A DNA stretch of 64,000 nucleotides, from NCBI RefSeq assembly GCF_004010195.1, contig NC_057720.1:91523319-91587318 (forward strand), written 5' to 3'. Each line of letters begins with the position of its first letter. The stretch's first letter is position 1. The DNA is from Chiloscyllium plagiosum. Lineage: Eukaryota. The notes under the pieces were generated by a model. It saw only the letters and a list, made by a program, of their open reading frames with translations, was not told the DNA's origin and did no database searches. The position numbers were made by a program, and so were the translations under genes. Shown here piece after piece: positions 59,300 to 64,000 of this stretch.

Positions 59300-60848
59300 G
59301 AATTCTGAAACATAAAGGGACTTAGGAGTCCTCTTTCAGATTTCACTTAAGGTTAATATGTAGGTTCAGTTGGCAATTAGGAAGACAAATGCAATGTTAG
59401 CTATCATTTCAACAGCAGGTGTGTACTGCTGAAGCTGTATGAGACTCTGGTCAGACTGCATTTGGAATATTGTGAACAGTTTTGGGACCTGTATCTAAGG
59501 AGGGATGTGCTTGCATTGGGGGGGATCCAGAGGAGGTTTATGAGAATGACCCTGGGGGTGACAGCCTGGTCTGTTGAGGAGAGATTGAGGACTGTGGATG
59601 TGTACTTGATAGAGTTCTTAAGGACCTGGGCAGGGGGGGGCGCGCGTGGGATCTCATTAACACTTACAGAATACTGAGAGGCCCGGATAGAGTGGGCAGG
59701 GAGAAGATGTTTCCACTCGTAAGAGAAACTCGGACCAGTGGTTACAGCTGCAGAGTTAAGGGATAACCCATTAGGACTGAGATGAGGAGGAATTTCTTCT
59801 GCCAGAGGGTGGTTAACCTGTGGACCTCATTGCTGTGGAGGTGAAGTCATTGAGTGTATTTCAGACGGACATTGATAGGTTCCTGATTGGAAAGGCCATC
59901 AAACATAATGAAAAAATGGTTGTGAGAAACACATCAGCCATAACCAAATGGCACAGCAGACTTGATGGGGCGAATGGCCTAATTCTGTTTTGATATCATA
60001 AAGTCTTATGGTCTTTTGAAGAGACTCTGCCAAACCCCAGATTACTGAAAGGCCTGGATTGTGAGCCCTGCTGAAGCTGTTTGTCATCAGAATTTTGCCA
60101 AGAGATAACCAAAGAGTGGAGAGAGTGTGGATCCTATTCCATTTGGGAACTTCAGAATGCTTCCCAGCTCCTGGAATACCATGAGAGCAGGAATTGTGGT
60201 CAGTGACAGCGGTTGGAGCACTGGGTTTCAGAGCTTGAGCAGCAGCTGGTGTCAGTGCGGAGCGTCCGTGAGGCTGAGAGCTCCGTGGAGAACACGTTTC
60301 TAGATGTGGTCACTCTGCAGCTTCAGAATATACAGGGAGAGAGGGAATGGGGGAGCAGCAGACAGTCCAAAAGGATCAGGCAGCTAGTACAGGAATCCCC
60401 TGAGAGTGTCCCACTATCCAACCAGGATTTAGTTCAGAATCCTGATGAGGATGATGGTTCATCTGGGGAGTGCAGCCAGAGCCAAGCCCCTGGCAGCACG
60501 GAAGGGCTCGGCTGTCCAGGGGGGCACAAGGAAGACTGGAAGAGCGATAGTGAGAAGAGATTCGAGAGTGAGGACAATCGATAGGTGTTTCTGCATCTGC
60601 AGATGGGAATCCAGGATGGTGTGTTGTCTCCCTGGTGCCAGGGTCAAGGATGTCACTCTGCAGCCGCAGAGCACCCTGAGGGGAGAGGGGGAACAGTCAG
60701 CAGTCGTGGTCCACATCAGTCCCAGTGACAGAGGGAGGAAAGGGATGTGGTCCTGCAGTCAGAATGTTGACAGGGAATTTGTAATAGAAATCTCTGGATT
60801 ACTCCAAGTGTCCCACACAAGTGAGAATAGGAATAGGAGGATAAGACA
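59300..60848 (+). repeat. Third paralogue of the CR1-3'/CR1-ORF1 junction found in the J-C introns (cluster C intron)
   Basis: About 60010-60848 matches about 2140-2970 in the same orientation and about 26340-27145 in reverse; a CR1 3' end directly abuts the same ORF1 copy in all three. Confidence 0.75.
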
Positions 60849-61348
60849 NNNNNNNNNNNNNNNNNNNNNNNNNNNNNNNNNNNNNNNNNNNNNNNNNNNN
60901 NNNNNNNNNNNNNNNNNNNNNNNNNNNNNNNNNNNNNNNNNNNNNNNNNNNNNNNNNNNNNNNNNNNNNNNNNNNNNNNNNNNNNNNNNNNNNNNNNNNN
61001 NNNNNNNNNNNNNNNNNNNNNNNNNNNNNNNNNNNNNNNNNNNNNNNNNNNNNNNNNNNNNNNNNNNNNNNNNNNNNNNNNNNNNNNNNNNNNNNNNNNN
61101 NNNNNNNNNNNNNNNNNNNNNNNNNNNNNNNNNNNNNNNNNNNNNNNNNNNNNNNNNNNNNNNNNNNNNNNNNNNNNNNNNNNNNNNNNNNNNNNNNNNN
61201 NNNNNNNNNNNNNNNNNNNNNNNNNNNNNNNNNNNNNNNNNNNNNNNNNNNNNNNNNNNNNNNNNNNNNNNNNNNNNNNNNNNNNNNNNNNNNNNNNNNN
61301 NNNNNNNNNNNNNNNNNNNNNNNNNNNNNNNNNNNNNNNNNNNNNNNN

Positions 61349-63600
61349 TGGCCTAATCAGGGCTCTGTAAAGTAGCAACAAACTTTCTTGTTCCTATCTT
61401 CTGCACCCTGGCTGTTGAAGTCACGCATCCTGTTTGTCTTCTTCCCCACCCTGTCTACCTGTGCTGACACCTTCAGGAGTCTATGGATTTGTACACCCAG
61501 GTCTCTTTGTTACTCAGCACTCCCGATGGACCTCCCACTCATTGTGTGTATCCTTCCCTTATTAGACTCACAAAGTGCATTGCCTCGCACTTATCAGGAT
61601 TAAATTCCATCTACCATTGCTCTGTTCCGTTTACCAGCTGATCATTATCAGTCTGAAGCCTGAAACCTTCCTCCTCACTGTTATCAACATCTGCAAATTT
61701 ACAAATTATACTGTGTACAATCACATCCAATTGTTAATGTATACAGCAAACAGCTAGGGTCCTAGTGTTGTTTCCTACGGTGCAACACTGGTCTGAGGCT
61801 TCAAATCCTCCACCATCCCTCTTTGCCTCTTATTTGGAAGCTGGTTTTGGATCCTAACCTGCTTTGGATTCAAATGGGCTCTTAGCCTTTGGGCCAGCCT
61901 TCCATATGGGACTGTGTCAAAGGCCTCACTGAGGTCCATATAAAACACATCAAATTCACAATCTCATCAATATGTCTATTCACCTTTTCAAAACACTCAA
62001 TTAAATTATTCAGACAGGATTGCCCTCTAAAACATCTATGCTGGCATCTCTGGTTTTATAAGTGTTGATTAATCCTGTTCGTCAGAATTGTTTCCAATAA
62101 TTTCCCTCCCACTGGTGTCAGATTAATTGGTCTGTAATTTCCTGGTCTATCCCTGTCACTCTTCTTGAGTAAATCACAGCACGTCAGCAATCCTCCAGTC
62201 ACCTGGCACTTCACCTGTGGCCAGTGAAGTTTGAATATCTCCTTCAGGGTTCCAGCAATCTCCTGCCTTGTCTCCCATAGCAGCCTGGGATACATTTCAT
62301 TAGGCCCTGGGGATTTATGCAACTTTATGCCTTCTACAACATCCAATACTTCCTTCTTACCAATAATAACATGAACTAGAACCTCATTATCAGAAGTAAA
62401 ATCTCCAGCTACAATGTCTTTCTCCTTTGTGAATGCAGATGAGTAAATTTCATTTAAGATCTCATCTACGTCCACACAAAGATTGTCCCTTTGGTCATGA
62501 ATAGATTTCACTATTTCCCTGGTCATCTTCTTCCCCTTAACATCCATATAAAATGTTTTGGGGTTCTGCTTGATCCTATCTCAAAGATATTTCATAGTCC
62601 CTCTTTACCCTCCTAATTTCCTTTTTAAGTACCCACCCAGTACACTATACTTCTGAAGGCTCTCCCCTGCTTTTAATTCTCTTTATGTGACATATGCTTC
62701 TTTCTTTTTTTATCAAACTCTCACTATCCTTTCACATCCCAGGCCCCCTTGGTTTGCTGTCCCTGTCCTTCACACTAAGGGGTTCACGCTGTCCCTGAAT
62801 TCTCACGATACCACTTTTAAAAGATGCCCACTTTCCAAATATAGACTGACCTGCAAGTAGCTGCTCCCAGTCTGCTAGATCCTGTCGAATGACATTGAAA
62901 TTGGCCTTCCCCAAATTAAGACACAAATTGTGCACTGTCTTTATCCCTTTCCATAATGACTTTAAAATTTACAGAGTTGTGGTCACTGTGCTCACCCATT
63001 GACACTTCAACCACTTGACCGGCATCATTCCCGAGCTCTGCCCCATCTCTACTGAGACTATCTACGAACTGGAACAAAAAGATCTCCTGGATGGATTTCA
63101 AAATTTCCGTCCTGTCTGATCCTTTCACACAAAGGCAATCCCATTTCACACAAAGGTAATCCTAGTTAATTTTCACAAAGTTGAAATTCCCTCTTAACAT
63201 AACCCTATTCCTCCAACATCTCTCTGTGATTTGCCGACGTTTCTGCTTTTCTATCTCCCTCTGACTATTGGGAGGCCTGCAGTATAATCCCAATGAAGTG
63301 ATGACACCTGTTTTATTTCTTAGTCCACCCAGATGGCCTCATTTGAAGACACTTCTAAGACATCCTCCCTCATTACTGCAGTGATGGTTTGTGAATAATG
63401 CAATGCCCCCTGTCTCCCTGCTGCATGCCCCCATCCCGCCTGAAACTTCTTTATCCTGGAATTTTAAGCTGCAAGTCCTGTTCTTCCTCCAACCGTGACT
63501 CAGTCATTGCAACAATGTCATATTCCCACATGCTCATCAACGTCATACGTTCATCTGCCTTATTGGTCAAGCTCCTTGCATTAAAATAGATACAATTTAG
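61349..63600 (-). mobile_element. Decayed CR1-clade LINE (EN and RT remnants)
   Basis: ORFs 62056-62547 (KSPGPNEMYPRLL, PGNYRPINLT) and 62916-63149 (SDHN). Confidence 0.8.
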
Positions 63601-64000
63601 CTTTCTGGTCCTCCCATGTTCCATATCCTGCCTACGTCTCCCTGGTGGTTACCTAATGCTTTTCTGTCTGTGTGGCCCTCCATGAGGGGAAACATCAGTT
63701 TATCCTGTTAAGCCCCTTAAGAATCCTATATGTTTCAACGAGATTGTCATTCATTTTTCTAATCTCCAGCAAGCAGATTTCAAACCTTTGCGCTTTGATC
63801 ACAGGACAGCCCCTCCACCCTGAGGATCATCCCAGTGAACCTTCTCTGATCTGCCTCCATGTTTTCATAAATAAGGCAACCAAAACTGTTCACAGTACTC
63901 CAGCTGTGGTCTCATCAGCACCTTGTACACTGGCAGTAAGAATTCCCTCCACTTATGCTCCAACCCCCTTGAAATAAGGGCCAACATCCCAATAGCTTTC

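Overview
This is eukaryotic DNA from a cartilaginous fish (shark), inferred from HE1-type SINEs, abundant CR1-clade LINE debris and NS4-like Ig genes. Most of the window is decayed retroelements. It contains parts of three closely linked kappa-type (shark type III/NS4-like) Ig light-chain clusters in alternating orientation. Cluster A (minus strand) has a promoter, a leader exon (9460-9412) and an already joined, out-of-frame VJ exon (9225-8891) whose junction is a 10-bp palindrome resembling P nucleotides; its C exon would lie left of the window. Cluster B (plus strand) is an inverted paralogue of A's J-C intron (about 22.3-30.6 kb) leading to a C pseudo-exon (34000-34327); its VJ is predicted to lie in the N-gap at 21.8-22.8 kb. 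Cluster C (minus strand) has an intact C exon (55083-54755) with its VJ presumably right of the window. Between the two convergent C exons is a 3.4-kb concatemer (36405-39791) of individually poly(A)-tailed Tx1-like LINE 3' pieces flanked by a single 9-bp direct repeat, which suggests serial reverse-transcriptase template jumping. Also present are a perfect PU.1/IRF composite site between the head-to-head clusters, Penelope-like repeats with hammerhead-like cores, a hairpin micro-inversion in a young CR1 and several local duplications. Family assignments come from recalled motifs, not database searches, and repeat boundaries are approximate.
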